A stretch of 58,545 nucleotides of DNA, counting the filler, from Sphacelaria rigidula (lineage: Eukaryota), in the NCBI GenBank assembly GCA_964200075.2. It is 10 parts of 10 records of this genome, joined end to end, with 100 filler letters (N's around TTAATTAATTAA, not from the genome) between each part and the next. Parts side by side here need not be neighbours in the genome. Positions count along the whole stretch, not along the records: positions 23,461 to 29,225 come from CAXNAA020024632.1; positions 29,326 to 35,089 come from CAXNAA020024633.1; positions 35,190 to 40,953 come from CAXNAA020024634.1; 7 more parts are not named here. One strand, 5' to 3'. This document shows positions 23,461 to 36,921 of this stretch, in pieces. Position 1 is the first letter of the stretch; each line of letters starts with the position of its first letter. A program made the translations under genes and the position numbers. A model generated the notes under the pieces. It was not told where the DNA came from. It saw only the letters and a list, made by a program, of their open reading frames with translations, and made no database searches.

Positions 23461-25762
23461 GTACCTTTCCTAGGCAAAAAACGAGAAGGTATACCTTTTC
23501 TAGGCTATTGCCCTATTTTTTTTGTCTCTCCTTATTACTTCCTTGAGCTCACATGTTTTGTTCGTTGGCACGGGTCCTTTGACACCTTTCAACCGCCATC
23601 GGAAGGCTAAATGCAAGCCGTATGTACATGATTTGTAGCGGGTGACCCTTTCGAGACTCTCCTATCCCATCCCCGGGTCAGACGCCCCGTAACCGCGCTA
23701 GGGCTTTTCAGACAAAGCTAGTCTTGCCCAACAGGGCATTGCGGTTTGTTGAGTCGTGAGGAAGAAGGCGAGACTTGTCGCTTCACGACCGTGGCTTTCA
23801 CCGCCATTTTACACTTTTGGTTCACTGATGTCGTTTCTTGACATACCTTATGCTACACAAGGAGTTCACCAGAGCTTTTCATACCAGTCTGTAGGTAGGG
23901 AGAAGGCCATACTGGTTTCGGCCAGAGCATCAAAATGATGCGCCACATTTTCGAACCTTGCAAGGGTGCGCAGATCTGGCTGTCGCGCATTTGGATAAAA
24001 ACGCACTGACAAAATAGGAAAGTATTAACCATGCATGAAAAGCGGCACTTCGAAATCGACACCCCAGAGTTGTCCAGTAGCGAAAGGGTAAAACGCATCA
24101 ATGGCTTGGAGCAGCTTTTCGCCCATGACAACAGCATCTACAACAAATGCTTTTTGTCGAAGTGTGTAGAGGTGATCACATGATATCTAATGTTCTACAC
24201 CTCAATTTCACTCATGTGCGTCACACACCATACCAGCTCGGAAAGGTTTCCCGCTGCTTCTGTATCGTCCTACAACAAACTTTCAAGGATTTCATAGGAC
24301 CACCCTGTAGTACACCCAACAAATATCAAATATCACCCTTTCCAAAGCGGATCAACGTCACCCCAACCCTAACCCTAACCCACCAAGAACTGTTGTGGCG
24401 TGTGAGCGGGTGTCTTCAGAGCGGATGTTACGCCGATCTTTCAGCCGACCAAGTCGGTACGAGAACCCGCAGGATCACTTCAAGTACACGTCGTTGACTG
24501 TGTTCACAACAGTCACATTTCCATCCCTGAACCACCTGGAAGTGGAAATCTCACGTTACATCTCTATCGATTCAGGAACATAGACACGTGAGAAAGAAAC
24601 GCAATGCTAGGCATGTGAAAACCCTTGGAGGGTATCTTCCCTTACACGACGCTATTGGAAGTATAGTGGTCCGCGGACCTTGTGTACGTCCATGAATGCC
24701 TTATAGTGTACTCACTTTCACCACCACCCACCCCCCAAAGGTCACGATTCAGCCTCGTCATGTGCTGAACCCTCAGACAGCGAACCCCCCCCGCAGGTGG
24801 ACTGAGCTGGACTATGCCACATTTGGGCTTCAGAACGGCTCTTTTCTTGCTACACTAAACGACTTCTTTCATAATCATGTGGATGCTGGGCATCCATGTA
24901 GAAAATAGCTCCGGAGAACCCGTGATCGGTTTTGAACGTGCAGTCTCTAACGTGCAGCGTTAGAAGGTTTGCGGCATGTCTCCGACACCGGCAAGAAACA
25001 GTCAGCGTGCATTGCTCTCCACTGAACACAATTTTCTGCATGCTGCTGACGCCTCTGCTCAAGTGTTCTACAACGACACTACCGATAGTGTGAAGCTATG
25101 CTGGCGACAAATGAGGCGTCAGACAGGCGTCGCAGACCACAAGCAGAGTACAAAATACGTTATTTGTGCCCATGTTGTCTATGGTTGAATTGCGATGACC
25201 AAAGTGGGAAATACTGCTATAAAGCGAAGTAGTCTACCCATCCTCGTAGGGGGACTACGTGCCCACTTCGACGGTCGTTATTGGTCAGAATGGTCATTCC
25301 GTGCCTCTTGGGTCTCGTTCCTGGCTTAGAATCTTCCGCGGGAAACTTCCAAGCACATGGCTGACCTGGTGAGCTTTCCGGCTGCTCTGCACACAGACCC
25401 CCTCCCTCCCCTGCCCACTGGAAACTGAAAACCCCCGGGTGTCTCTTGAATGTCGGCCTGTTTGACTGTTCAGAGGCGACGCTCGCTGTCGAAGGATTAC
25501 ATTCCAACACGTCACAGCATTTTTGCTACTTTCCCAGACGACAATGTGATGATTTCAAATACAACTGCGGTAGCCATACAAGCTGCCCGGAATGCAGCCA
25601 TTTGATTGGCCTAGGAAGCAGAAAACAAAATACACAAATAGGACTCATGTATGAAGAAAATGCTCTTGTTGAAAAGTGCCTTCTTGGCTTTTCCCCTTCT
25701 TTTTCCGCCCGAAAAGAGGGCTATGCGAATGTTGACACCTTGGAATGACTTGCTCTACTCAT

Positions 25763-26706
25763 TAGAGAGTTTCGGAAACGAAGAACCGGCCGGAAAAACT
25801 CAGGGTGAGGGTTTAGAATTTGGTATTCAAGACCAGGATATGACGAATTCCTCCATGTCAAGCCCGAAAACGACCCCTGAGAAGAGACATGCGCAGCAAC
25901 TCAGGATTAATTTTCAAATATTCAAATAAACCCCTAGAAGAGACCAGTCGACCTGGCTTGTGATGATGCGAAAGGGCGGGAGTCGGCCGCTCAAGCAGCT
26001 CCACGAGGATTCGACAAAATGGCCACCCAACGTGAAGCTTGCGCTAGCTCGCGCAGGTACACCACCGTTGGGTGGCCATTTTGTCGACATCCTCATTGCG
26101 ACTGCATGAGTGGCCCACTTGAGCTCTCCCACGTCATCTTTAGCCAGTTCGACAGGTGTCTCTAGGTGTCTCTGTTCCCCTCCACGCAGCTAGGATTACT
26201 GTGTATAGTGAATCTTTATAAAAAACGATCATACTTTCTCAAAGTATGCAAACGCACTCACACAGGCGTGTGCACACTTGTACTACAGACAGCAGTACAG
26301 TTCAAAACACTGCATTCGTTACAGAAAGTAAACAAAACTGTCCACATACAATGCAACAACAGTACGGCTGAACTCTCAACTGTCTCAGCTTAATAGTGCT
26401 GTACCACACACCGACATGTGCAAGACGTGTGAATGACTAACGGACGCCGAGGTGCATTGCCTGTGTGCCCAACGCTGTGTACTGTGCCGGGTTCGTACCC
26501 GGAGGCTGTGTTTGCGATGCTGTGTGTGAGTTACCGTCCTTTCTATTCTGGACGTCGTTTTATGTATACACCTTGCGGGATATGTGGGCGCAAGGTACTT
26601 GCCTCTATACTTAATCGCGAGAGGGTTCAGCGGTCATTTTCCCTCGTCGACCGTCGAGTCGAATATACTGCTGTCGCGCATCCAACGGTACAGGGGCAGC
26701 ACAAAC
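25763..26706 (+). mobile_element. Composite dispersed repeat (copy 1) with an internal ~230-bp hairpin and a SINE-1 fragment
   Basis: Colinear with 56720-58012 from TAGAGAGTTTCGGAAAC to agcacaaac. Confidence 0.75.
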
Positions 26707-27266
26707 AACAAAAATCATGCCAGGATAGGACGGGGGGTATTTTGGGTCGTTGCTTCCACTAAATTCAACTTCGAATCGGTTTTAGAAGCAACGATCTTCA
26801 GAACGCGCGTGTTACCGGTAAATAACGCTCATCTATACTGCTCGACGCCGTCTAACCCAAATATAAGCGCACGGCGAGTGTGTCAGGTTGTCCGAGACAT
26901 CTTTTGAGTAATTTCCCCCTGGAATCGAATACTCTACCTCGGGCAACCTCGGTGAAGCGGCCTTACCTCGGAACTTGACGGGTGAGTCTTGGCACTCATT
27001 TTCCGCTCGGGCGTACCTTTACATCGAACAGTACCTAGAATTAGGCGGGCAACGGGTCACGAGATTCCGCTCAGCACCAGTGGCGACATAATTCAAATAC
27101 GAGATATCTCGAGTGTACCGCCCAAACCAGGCAACGAAGTGCCATGGGCGGCGTTTTTTTCTCTCTTGGTAAGGGTGGTGTTGAGGAAACACCAGGGGAT
27201 ATTGGATGATTGCCCTGTGGGAAACGTCCGGGAGGAAGACGTAGGTAGGACCCTGCGACTCAAGGC

Positions 27267-28226
27267 TTAGGCTGCAGACTTGGCGGCGGCCTTCTTGGGA
27301 GCAGCTTTCTTGGCAGCAGGCTTTTTTTTCACGACTTTCTTGGGGGTGCCACCCGTCTTCTTAGTCACGGTCTTCTTGACGACCTTCTTCTTGGGGGTGC
27401 CGTCCGTCTTCTTGGTTGACGTCTTTTTGACCACCTTCTTTACGACTTTCTTCGGGGTCTTCTTCACTGCCTTCTTCTTGACGGGCTTCTTCACCACCTT
27501 CTTCAGGATTTTCTTGGGCTTGGGCGCCGGCTTCTTCGCCTCGGCCGACAGCTTATACGAGCTCTTCACCTATTCACACGTCAATCATTTGCAGTACAAC
27601 GGTAGACGAGCAAGTCGGCAGGGGATTGGGAATACTGTTTTGCCGCGCTCCCGCACCTCGTCAACACTTGCAGGCTGGTCTCATCTTTCACCGTATCACG
27701 CGCGGCGTTCATCCCTCATCAACAACTCCACATGCTCACCTTGATGAACTTCCCCGACTCGGTGCCCTTTTTGAGAGCGGCGCGAAGCTGGTGAGGCGCG
27801 AACTTGGTGGCGAGCTCGGGGTGGGTGGTCACCATGTACTTCTTTATTGCGGCGAGGCTGGAGCCATTGCGGTCCTTGAGAGCCTTGATGGCCTCGAACA
27901 CCATCTGCGATTCATGACAGACGAACAGCAAACAGTCGACATTCCTCACTCAGCACTTCCACCATCGGCAAACGGGCGGCAGGTGCAGCAATCAACAGTA
28001 CTGCACAGTAGCTCCACTCGTGGGAGGGTGGTTAGACCAGGCGGATGCACTCGTGCCACACTCGGGCGATGGCAATCACTCGCGCTATCGGGGTGACGTC
28101 TTGCCAAGCATTCGAAGAAGGCACAATATATAGCCCAAAACTCTCTCCGGGATAGTGCCGCTTGGGCGCCAGAGGCACCATAAACATCTATCTTATGATC
28201 AACCTCACCTCATTGTAGCTGGGCAT
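27267..28226 (-). CDS. H1: Histone H1 (linker histone), 161 aa; exons 28226-28209, 27904-27740, 27569-27267
   Basis: Three phase-0 GT-AG exons give [29 protein letters not shown]...[24 protein letters not shown] followed by a K/V/T/A/P-rich tail with TPKK motifs and a TAA stop. The first part is a canonical H15 globular domain. Confidence 0.95.
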
Positions 28227-28862
<636 letters not shown>

Positions 28863-29225
28863 GCGCTGCAACCCATCTTACCTCTCGTCAGGCCTTGTCG
28901 CTCTGGAGCCAAGGTATCACCCTGACGAGCCAACCAACCCTGGTGTTTACTTAACACCACCCACCTCATGGGAGAAAATGCACCTGGCTCGACACGGTGT
29001 GGACACGAGCATGCAACTGATGTTGGAACAATGTTGAGGTCGATCTGCCTACTCAGCTGGCGGTGAAATCCTGAAGTGCGGTGGGTGCCCGTTGTGAAGG
29101 CGAGTATCGCATACTCAGTAGTACACACGGTATTTTGAGATTTAAATACCCTAAGTTGCTCTGTGATGGCACGGGTTTTTTTTTGTGTTGTCGTCCCATT
29201 TATTCTGGGCACCAGTTTACATCTT

Positions 29226-29325
29226 NNNNNNNNNNNNNNNNNNNNNNNNNNNNNNNNNNNNNNNNNNNNTTAATTAATTAANNNNNNNNNNNNNNNNNNN
29301 NNNNNNNNNNNNNNNNNNNNNNNNN
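29226..29325. other. Artificial contig-joining spacer
   Basis: 44 N + TTAATTAATTAA + 44 N. Confidence 0.98.
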
Positions 29326-29961
29326 AAAAACGCCAACAATTGCAACCAAAAAATCGAAAATCGAATCGGACATCGTTAAGGGCTCGGACAAACATAACGA
29401 TAGAGACTTATGGGACAGAGGAAGTATGATGCGGACGCCTTCCGTGGTCACAGGCTAACTACCCGGAATGTGTGAGGAAAACATGTCAAAATAAACTGCG
29501 TCGAACCCAGAAAAATGACGGACGCGCTACGAATAGAAGAAAATAGTTATAAGACCCCGCCCTATGGAATTGATTGGCGTCGGTTTGCAGCGACGCTGCG
29601 AAACACCACTCACTGCGTGAGCTAGGCAACCAGGTTACCGTTTTTTTCGCGCGCTTGCGTTTATTTTGCGGAAACCATACCCACCACTAGTAGTCCTTGC
29701 AAATTTGACGAGGCATGAGATAATGTTGCTACTTTGGCTGCAGGCTGTCGCTACTGTGCGCTCGCGTATTGTACATGAATGTGTGTAAGCGCTGCCGGCA
29801 TCCGAGGTCATCAGGACAGGGCAGGCAAGGAGCAGAAGCAGATATACGAACCCCGCAAAGCCCGCCAGACGTTTCGGTTTTTGTCAGTGTTCGTTAATCA
29901 ATTTCTCTCAACAGTATCAACAAAAAATGAAATAAAAAATCATGGCAATTTTCGATAAATT

Positions 29962-30600
29962 GCCCTCCGAGAGGGGGGGGGGCTTCGTGTCCGACATTTT
30001 TCTCTCGACAGACCCTTGGTTGGACCCTCCACGGTGCACATAACCCCTCCACAGGGGCTCCGTTTCCCTCCCTCCATAGTGAGTTTGAGTCGGCTACCTC
30101 CTGTACAGGTGATGAATCCCTCTGTAGGGGGATCGTGTGACTTAGGGTTACGGTGGACAGTGTCTCCCTCCAGGGGAAAGAAAAATCAAATGCGCACTCC
30201 AGAGTCCCAAACACCGACATATCTGCGGAGGTTTGCCAGAAACACTCAAACCCTCCAGAGGCGACTCACGGCATACCTGCAGGGCATTCATGACCTGTTC
30301 TGCCTCCGGAGGGTGGAACCCCATGTGGGGGGAAGCGCGACTAGAGGGAGACCTCTAGAGGTCGCCCATCCCATCCCTCTGGAGGTCGGAGAAGTCAACA
30401 TTCCTCCAGAGGGAGTTCATGATATCTTGGACCCTCCAGAGTGCACCTAAGCCCTCCAGAGGGGCACCGTTTTCACCCTCTAGAGTGAGTCAGGGTGGGC
30501 TATTCCTGTAGAGGTGATGAATCCCTCTGGGGCGGAATTTTATCCACCCTTCGGAGTGATTTCTTACCTCCAGAGGCCTTTCTCCCCTCCGGAGGGTGAA
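29962..30600. repeat. Array of dispersed palindromic CCTCYRGAGG motifs
   Basis: About a dozen exact or near copies, e.g. at ~30251, 30303, 30352, 30375, 30403, 30452, 30567, 30585. Confidence 0.8.
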
Positions 30601-30677
30601 AATGCCGTGTAGAGGGAGTTGGGGGGTAGCCAAATGGCCGCGTGTGCATGGTGGTCGATCTAGATCATGTTGTGCGG

Positions 30678-30830
30678 GGGTCGGGAGGACCTCAACTCCG
30701 CGCAAACGGGATGATCGTACTAGGTAGTGTTTGAATGGTGAGACACCCATGAGGCAGCGTGTAATCCGTGGCTGTCCTTGGAAGTGCCGATACCAGAAAA
30801 TGAAGCAACTCACTAGAGGCTGTCATCCAT
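30678..30830 (+). repeat. Fragment of the repeat family also at 34748-35089 (opposite strand)
   Basis: gtagtgtttgaatggtgagacacccatgaggcag...gataccagaaaatgaagcaactca matches the reverse complement of 34950-35089. Confidence 0.75.
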
Positions 30831-32878
30831 ATGGGATAATATCCAGGACGACATCGGCCACACCTTCGGCGTTATCTATTGGTGTACGGGTTGCTGTACC
30901 CCACGTTCGCTTTGAGCGTCGCCGTTCCCGCCGTATGGTTGCGGTGGCCGAGTTCGGCGTTGCAGTCTCCATTTGGGCTAAGCTTGCTGCTGCATGCGAC
31001 ACAGCTTTGGATACGGGGCCAGAGACAACATCATACCATCATCGTCGCTGTGTCGTTTCTCCTCCTGTCCTGACCGACGTGTCTGCTTTGCACGGTGATC
31101 TTGTTCTTCTGTTCTGGCAACGATACGTACACTAAAACACATACTTTCCCTCCGTGCCCCCCGGGACTTCTTCCACTAGACTGGGGTATCCACTCTCAGT
31201 TCAAGAAGCAAGAAGCAAGGAGCAAAAAAGCACGCCACGAAATTACGATGGATGATGCACAGGAAACAAACATGTCGACAAAGTAAAAGCATGCGCCGAG
31301 CATGTGCGTGCATTTGATTTCGTCACGAAGGCTGTGCGGTGTTACAGTAGTGTTGGCGTTGGTGTTGGAAAAAACAAGCAACACGCACAGCAACCAATCG
31401 ACAGTAATCAAACAACAGCAAGGTGCTACACCAATAATGACCAACACCAACACCAACGCTAACACTAAAACCAACACCACCAACAACACCACCACCAACA
31501 ACAACGAAATAGGACCAAACTACTACAGAGAACGCGAAATAAAATAAAATAAACAGTTGGTCTGCTTCGATACAAAACATAACAACGCCGAAGGCGAACA
31601 AGACACACAGGTACTGACTTTGTATGCTATAGCTGCAGTTCCTCTGCTTCACGATGAGTCTCGCCCTTCACAAAAGACACACGCATATACATACCGACAA
31701 CACTGTTGCGCAGCAACAGCCATACAATAGACACCGGCCGCGCTGCACGAGAAAACAAAATATGCACATTTGGTATCGTACAAAACAGTAAAGTCATTGT
31801 CTAGGGCTGTACTCCTGCGGTGGGACACCATAACGCCGCCAAAACCACCAATTCTAGCACATGCCCACCTTGCGCTTTTTTTCCAGTGAAAAAAAATCTT
31901 GCTCGAGGAAAAAGAGAACAATACAGCAGAACATTAATAACACGTTTTCAGGAGATGACGGCAAACCAAAACGGTCGCGGTACTTGATGTGCACACAACG
32001 AGACATACATACCCTTTGCTCCAAAAGCACACGCACGCAGTTGAAAAAAACGGCGCACCAAACACCCCCACTTCCGAAATAAGGCTCAAACAGATACGAG
32101 CAAAAAAACACCGGTACAAGATAAGACTAACATCAACCACACATACAGACGAAAATGTGTGAACGAACACGCACATCACCGCCGTCAAGTTCCGAAACAT
32201 TTTTTCCCCCGCTCCCAATCCCCTCTATCCACATCATCCCCAAAAGGATGGCGGGAACAAAAACAAAAACACTGTAAAAAAGAAACTGCGGCATATTTCA
32301 ACTATCCTTGGAGGTAAAGGTAAATTCTTCACCATCGAAAACCACACACGGCGCACACATTTCACAACATCGCCGATATTTCATTGCTCCCCGCTTCGAT
32401 TTTCTAGAAAGTCAAGTGTAAATTGTCATTTACTCACTCAGAATAAGAACTCCAGACTGACCTCTAAGCATACACACCGCATTCTGTCACTCATAACTTG
32501 TTCCAAATTTCTTAGTATCTGAGCTACTCGCCCCTGCATCAATATCACCATTGAATACTCTCCGCTGGCTTCGCAACACAGGCAAAACAAACAACACTTG
32601 GCGATATGTGACGGAGACTACCACCTTCCCGACACAGACACCACGATTCTGCACACCCATCCACAATCAACACTACCAGTCCCCTCACTCTCTCGTCCAC
32701 AACCGACCCCATCAATATTCCTGTGGTAATGGCTCTGGTAGGCCCCGCGCAACCAACCATCAACACGTTCTCTCAACCATCAGCCGGCCCCAGCAGCATC
32801 ATCACCAATGCCCGCGGCGATAGAAGCGGCATCAATAGCAGCAGTAGCAGCAGTAGCAGCAGCAGCGGTCGTGGCGAC

Positions 32879-33176
32879 CTATTTCGCAAGCTTCTCCTTG
32901 GCCTCGGCGAGCTTTTCCTTCTTAAGGGCGGCGAGGGCGGCTTTGTCAGCAAAGTACGGGGAAACCGGTACCGTTTCGCTCTTGCTGTTGCTCCTGCTGG
33001 CCGCAGACGCCGCCCGGGCGAAGACGCGGGGCAGGCGCATGATGATGTCGGAGGCCCGAATCCAGTAGCGGCGGAAGTAGCGGTCATAACCGGGTCTTGT
33101 TGGGAAAAAAGCGGCCAGCTCTTGGTTGCCTTGCCACAATCCCGCCCTCCCGTTGGCATCCACTTTTACCTTACAT
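32879..33176 (-). CDS. Probable terminal coding exon of an unidentified protein
   Basis: Acceptor cctcacAG|A; reading CKVKVDANGRAGLWQGNQELAAFFPTRPGYDRYFRRYWIRASDIIMRLPRVF...KEKLAK* with GC-rich codons, followed by a long U/G-rich stretch resembling a 3' UTR. Confidence 0.6.
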
Positions 33177-34747
33177 CTGTGAGGTGGTGCACCCAGGAAT
33201 AATAAATGCGTCAAGAAATAGGTATAATATATATATACATTGTAATGTAGGGGAACAGCATACGGAAAAGGAAAGGACAACGCCCGTCTTTACGCAATAT
33301 TGCAAGTTGACCATTTCACATCTCCATTCTCTCTCTCTCTCTCTCTCCCTCTCTACTTTCGGGATTGCGGTCGTTAACTAGTCTTACAATTATTCATCAT
33401 TATTGCATCCGTCACATTAGCTCAATCTCTCGAACCCGTGCTAAAAGAAGAAAACTAAGTGAGCGAAAACTGGAAATTCCAGAGAAGAAAAACAAGAGGA
33501 AGCAAAACCAGGAAAAAAAAACAATAATAAATAAAAAATGAGAAAAGACGCAAACGCCTACTGTCCTTTGTTATTTTACAATATCCAACACAAACCATGC
33601 AGATATGAAACAAACAAAAAAATAGACAAGGGAAGAAGCAACAAACAGGCGGGTGAACAAACAAGGCCGATAGAGGCAGGAGGGACACACGCACACACAC
33701 ACATCGAGACTAACCACGAGACGCATGAATGTGCAGCAACACAAGACGTGCATCTATATCCCCGACGAGGCAACAGCACTCACCCCTTGCACCCCACCAC
33801 CGGGTCGAGGTCTTTCAGTGGACCGCTCTGCCACATGATTCGGGACGGCTGGCAAACTCCGTCAAACATCGCCCCGCCATCGCACGGCCGGGAGCCGAGA
33901 GCCACCACTATATTGCCGTTATCTGGCGAGATAGGTGAGCGAAAACAAAACGATAATACAATGTTGGAGGAGGGAAAGCATGTAACAAAAACAGAGAAGC
34001 AGGAAAACACAAATAAACTGTGTTCGGGTGAGAGGGGGGTTACATTCACGAAGAGGCGTCGTCGAGTAAAAGGTGGGCTACTTTCGCTTTCTCGTTTTAT
34101 TGGATACCTTGGAATAGATGTTTTTTTTTCCTTCATCTTGGAGGGAAATTCAGCGCTGAATGAGTAGAAGAGAGAAAAAAGAGACGGAATCGATAGCATA
34201 GCAACAACATTCGCCATTAGCATGACCAACGACGGGTTCTCAAGGTATGATACATGTCAGAATATATTGTTCCCAAAAGAGGTCTTGCCCTCAAGGAGAT
34301 CAAGTGCACGGACGTTGCTGGAGTAAGAACGATTGACACCCTAAAAGTTTTGCTGTCAAACGGTTGCGGATCGATATCTTGATCGCTATATTCCACAGAC
34401 GAAACCGACATGAACCACTGCGAACATATAAGAAACCAAAGAAATCAAATGCTTTGCGGTTGAAAAGACCACAGAGAGGTTAACGGTCTTGAAGGTCATC
34501 GAGCGATTCGCCTGTGCGCGCCAATTCGACGCAAGTCGACCGACTGCATGAGTGCTGTTACAGAGCTCGGTGTGAACTCGCAAGGTAGATACCGAGGGAG
34601 AGATGGATCGATCGCTGGAGACTACGCACACAAAAGAAGTACAATTCCCACGAGTGTCCGTCGAGGAATAACCCCTTCACATACTTCATACATATATATA
34701 AACTGCAAAAAAGATATAAGCAACAGTTCATGAGGGAGGGGGGAGAG

Positions 34748-35089
34748 GTACTCATGATCATGCATGCCGTAGTCATATGACCATTGACCTCGCATCCCTA
34801 CAAAGCCGGGACGGAGCACGCCGCCGGACCAGGCTAGCACTCAATCACCAAGCCCGAAGCGCCGTGGTGTGTTCGGCGAGTCGAATGAAGGGTGACCTGC
34901 ATCCTGCTAAATTTTTTCAGCCTGAAGCCTACTGATTGTCTTGCATTGGGAGGACAGCCTACAATGAGTTGCTTCATTGTCTGGTATCGCCACTTCCAGA
35001 GATAGTCACGGCTTATACACTGCCTCATGGGTGTCTGACCATTGAAACACTACGTTGTACGGTAATCCCCACTGTGCAGAGTCGAGGTT
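34748..35089 (-). mobile_element. Unclassified, probably retroposed repeat (3' end near 34748)
   Basis: Homologous to 30678-30830; its terminal 45 nt recur as a TSD-flanked insert at 13015-13059. Confidence 0.55.
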
Positions 35090-35189
35090 NNNNNNNNNNN
35101 NNNNNNNNNNNNNNNNNNNNNNNNNNNNNNNNNTTAATTAATTAANNNNNNNNNNNNNNNNNNNNNNNNNNNNNNNNNNNNNNNNNNNN
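35090..35189. other. Artificial contig-joining spacer
   Basis: 44 N + TTAATTAATTAA + 44 N. Confidence 0.98.
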
Positions 35190-35645
35190 CGCCAGCATCG
35201 TCGGCGTAGAGCATGGCCCAGAGCACTCTGTAGAGTTCGGCCTCGGTTTTCTCGCCCCTTTGAGCGATTCGGACAAAATGCCGCACCCCCGCTTTATTGA
35301 CCGAGAAGCGGTCGAACAATACCGTCATCACCGCCGCGAAAAAGGTGTTGAACAGATCGGGGGAGAGTACACAACCTTGGCGGAGGCCCTGGTTTACTGT
35401 ACGTTGAACCACTCAGATGTCTCGCCGCTGTCAAGGCGTACGCATGCCCACATGCCGTCATGGAATTGGCGGATGATGGAAATTACCTTGCCGGGTATAC
35501 CGTAGCGTGCTAGAACTTTCCAGAGAAGACAACGATCCACTGAATCGTACGCTGTTTGGAGGTCGATGAAGCACATATACAGAGGAACATTCTCCTCTCG
35601 GGCCAGTTCTTGGAGTCTGCGTACAACGAACATCATGTTGGTCGA
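35190..35645 (-). mobile_element. 5'-truncated RTE LINE RT fragment
   Basis: MMFVVRRLQEL...FIDLQTAYDSVDR...QGLRQGCVLSPDLFN...WAMLYADDAG. Confidence 0.9.
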
Positions 35646-36900
35646 TACCTATCCACCAGTAGGAGCGCTCCATGAACTGGGCCGTCCGAATTGTACCCAG
35701 ATGGATCGAAACGTTGGAATGACACTCGTGCAGAACACATGGTCGCATCAGCATTGGTACGTAAATGCGAAGAGGTTCTTGATCGAGTAACCGAGCATGT
35801 CTACCGGTAGGGCGGTCTGAGTGAGGTGTCCGTGTGGGTGGATCAAAAGTACAATATCATCATCCATGTGCAGTTTTTCCTTTGCGGGCCAGCTCAACAA
35901 CTTCATCCTGTGTGAGTGCCCGGGGCCGTCCGACGGTTTTGAGAACATCCGCGGAGGGGAGTAGAAGTGGGAAATTTTGAGACAGGTGAAGTATTGCTGC
36001 GCGGCACGCAGGCTCGGCTGATTGTTCTCGCACCCTATCTTGGTGGGAAAACGAGCTTATTTTTTCTCCTTGTTCACTCTCGTTCTACTAGAAATGAGAT
36101 CGCGTACTTGTATAGTAAAAACAAATAGGGGGTAGGCGAGCTCTGGTGCGGCGGCAACATTCATGCGACAGCCCGTCAATCTGTAAAGGGCATGTCCAAA
36201 TATGGTACTTGAATGGGTGGTGGCATTCCCAGGAACCAGAAGAAGGGATCGAGGGGGCAAGCCACCGAGCGCCGTTTTCGGGGCAGAAGGTGTCAGCCCA
36301 CTCATGCCCAAACCTGACGTTTCGGTGTCAGCCCACCCATGCCGACACCCGGAGTCTCGGTGTCAGCCCACTCAAGCTCAAACCTGGAGTCTCGGTGGAG
36401 GCGTACGCGAATGATCTCCGCCGCCAGGTAGCTATTTATGACTACTTGCACTGGATCAGCTAGCAGCGGGTTCGTGCGATACGGGCGTGTGGTGATGGGG
36501 GGCGTTCCTTATGGCACGTTGATCTTCAACGGAGCCATCGTGCATCGACCCTAATCCAGAGGTGAGGTAGACAATCGCGCGGCATGGCGGATCAGAACAT
36601 CTAGAAGTTTGTCGATGACCGCTGCAGTCCAACCGGCACCGTCGGGATTGAAGTTGATGTGACGGGTGTGGTGGAACGTCATTCCATAGCCGAAACCAAT
36701 TGCTCGCTGCTCAGGCTGGAAACAATCCAACAGTTTTTGAGGGATGTCGGCTTCCGCATCGTCATCCGACGCGATCACAACCATTGTATCAGCTGAAACT
36801 GGTCCATTATAGTCAGCATTTTGCTCAACATCAGTTGGGGAAGTGGTACTGGTGCGGGGAATGTATCAGACTGAGGTGTAGGTAGAAGCGGAGCCGAAGC
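35640..36900 (-). mobile_element. Degenerate, internally deleted Ty3/Gypsy pol relic (distinct from the 41-50 kb family)
   Basis: Pre-RT motif D*GRCTMAPLKINVP*GTPPITTRPYRTNP...YLAAEII (~36405-36560) and integrase Zn-binding start HECHSNVSIHLGTIRTAQFMERSYWWIG (~35645-35735). Confidence 0.65.
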
Positions 36901-36921
36901 ATACCTCTTCCTGTCCGGACA

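Noticed and set aside
27280..27744. Hydrophobic Phe-rich 154-aa 'membrane protein' ORF
   Set aside because: Antisense of the Lys-rich histone H1 tail.
28863..28960. Metazoan-type histone 3' stem-loop after H4
   Set aside because: No GGYYYTTYTNARRRCC-type hairpin is visible.
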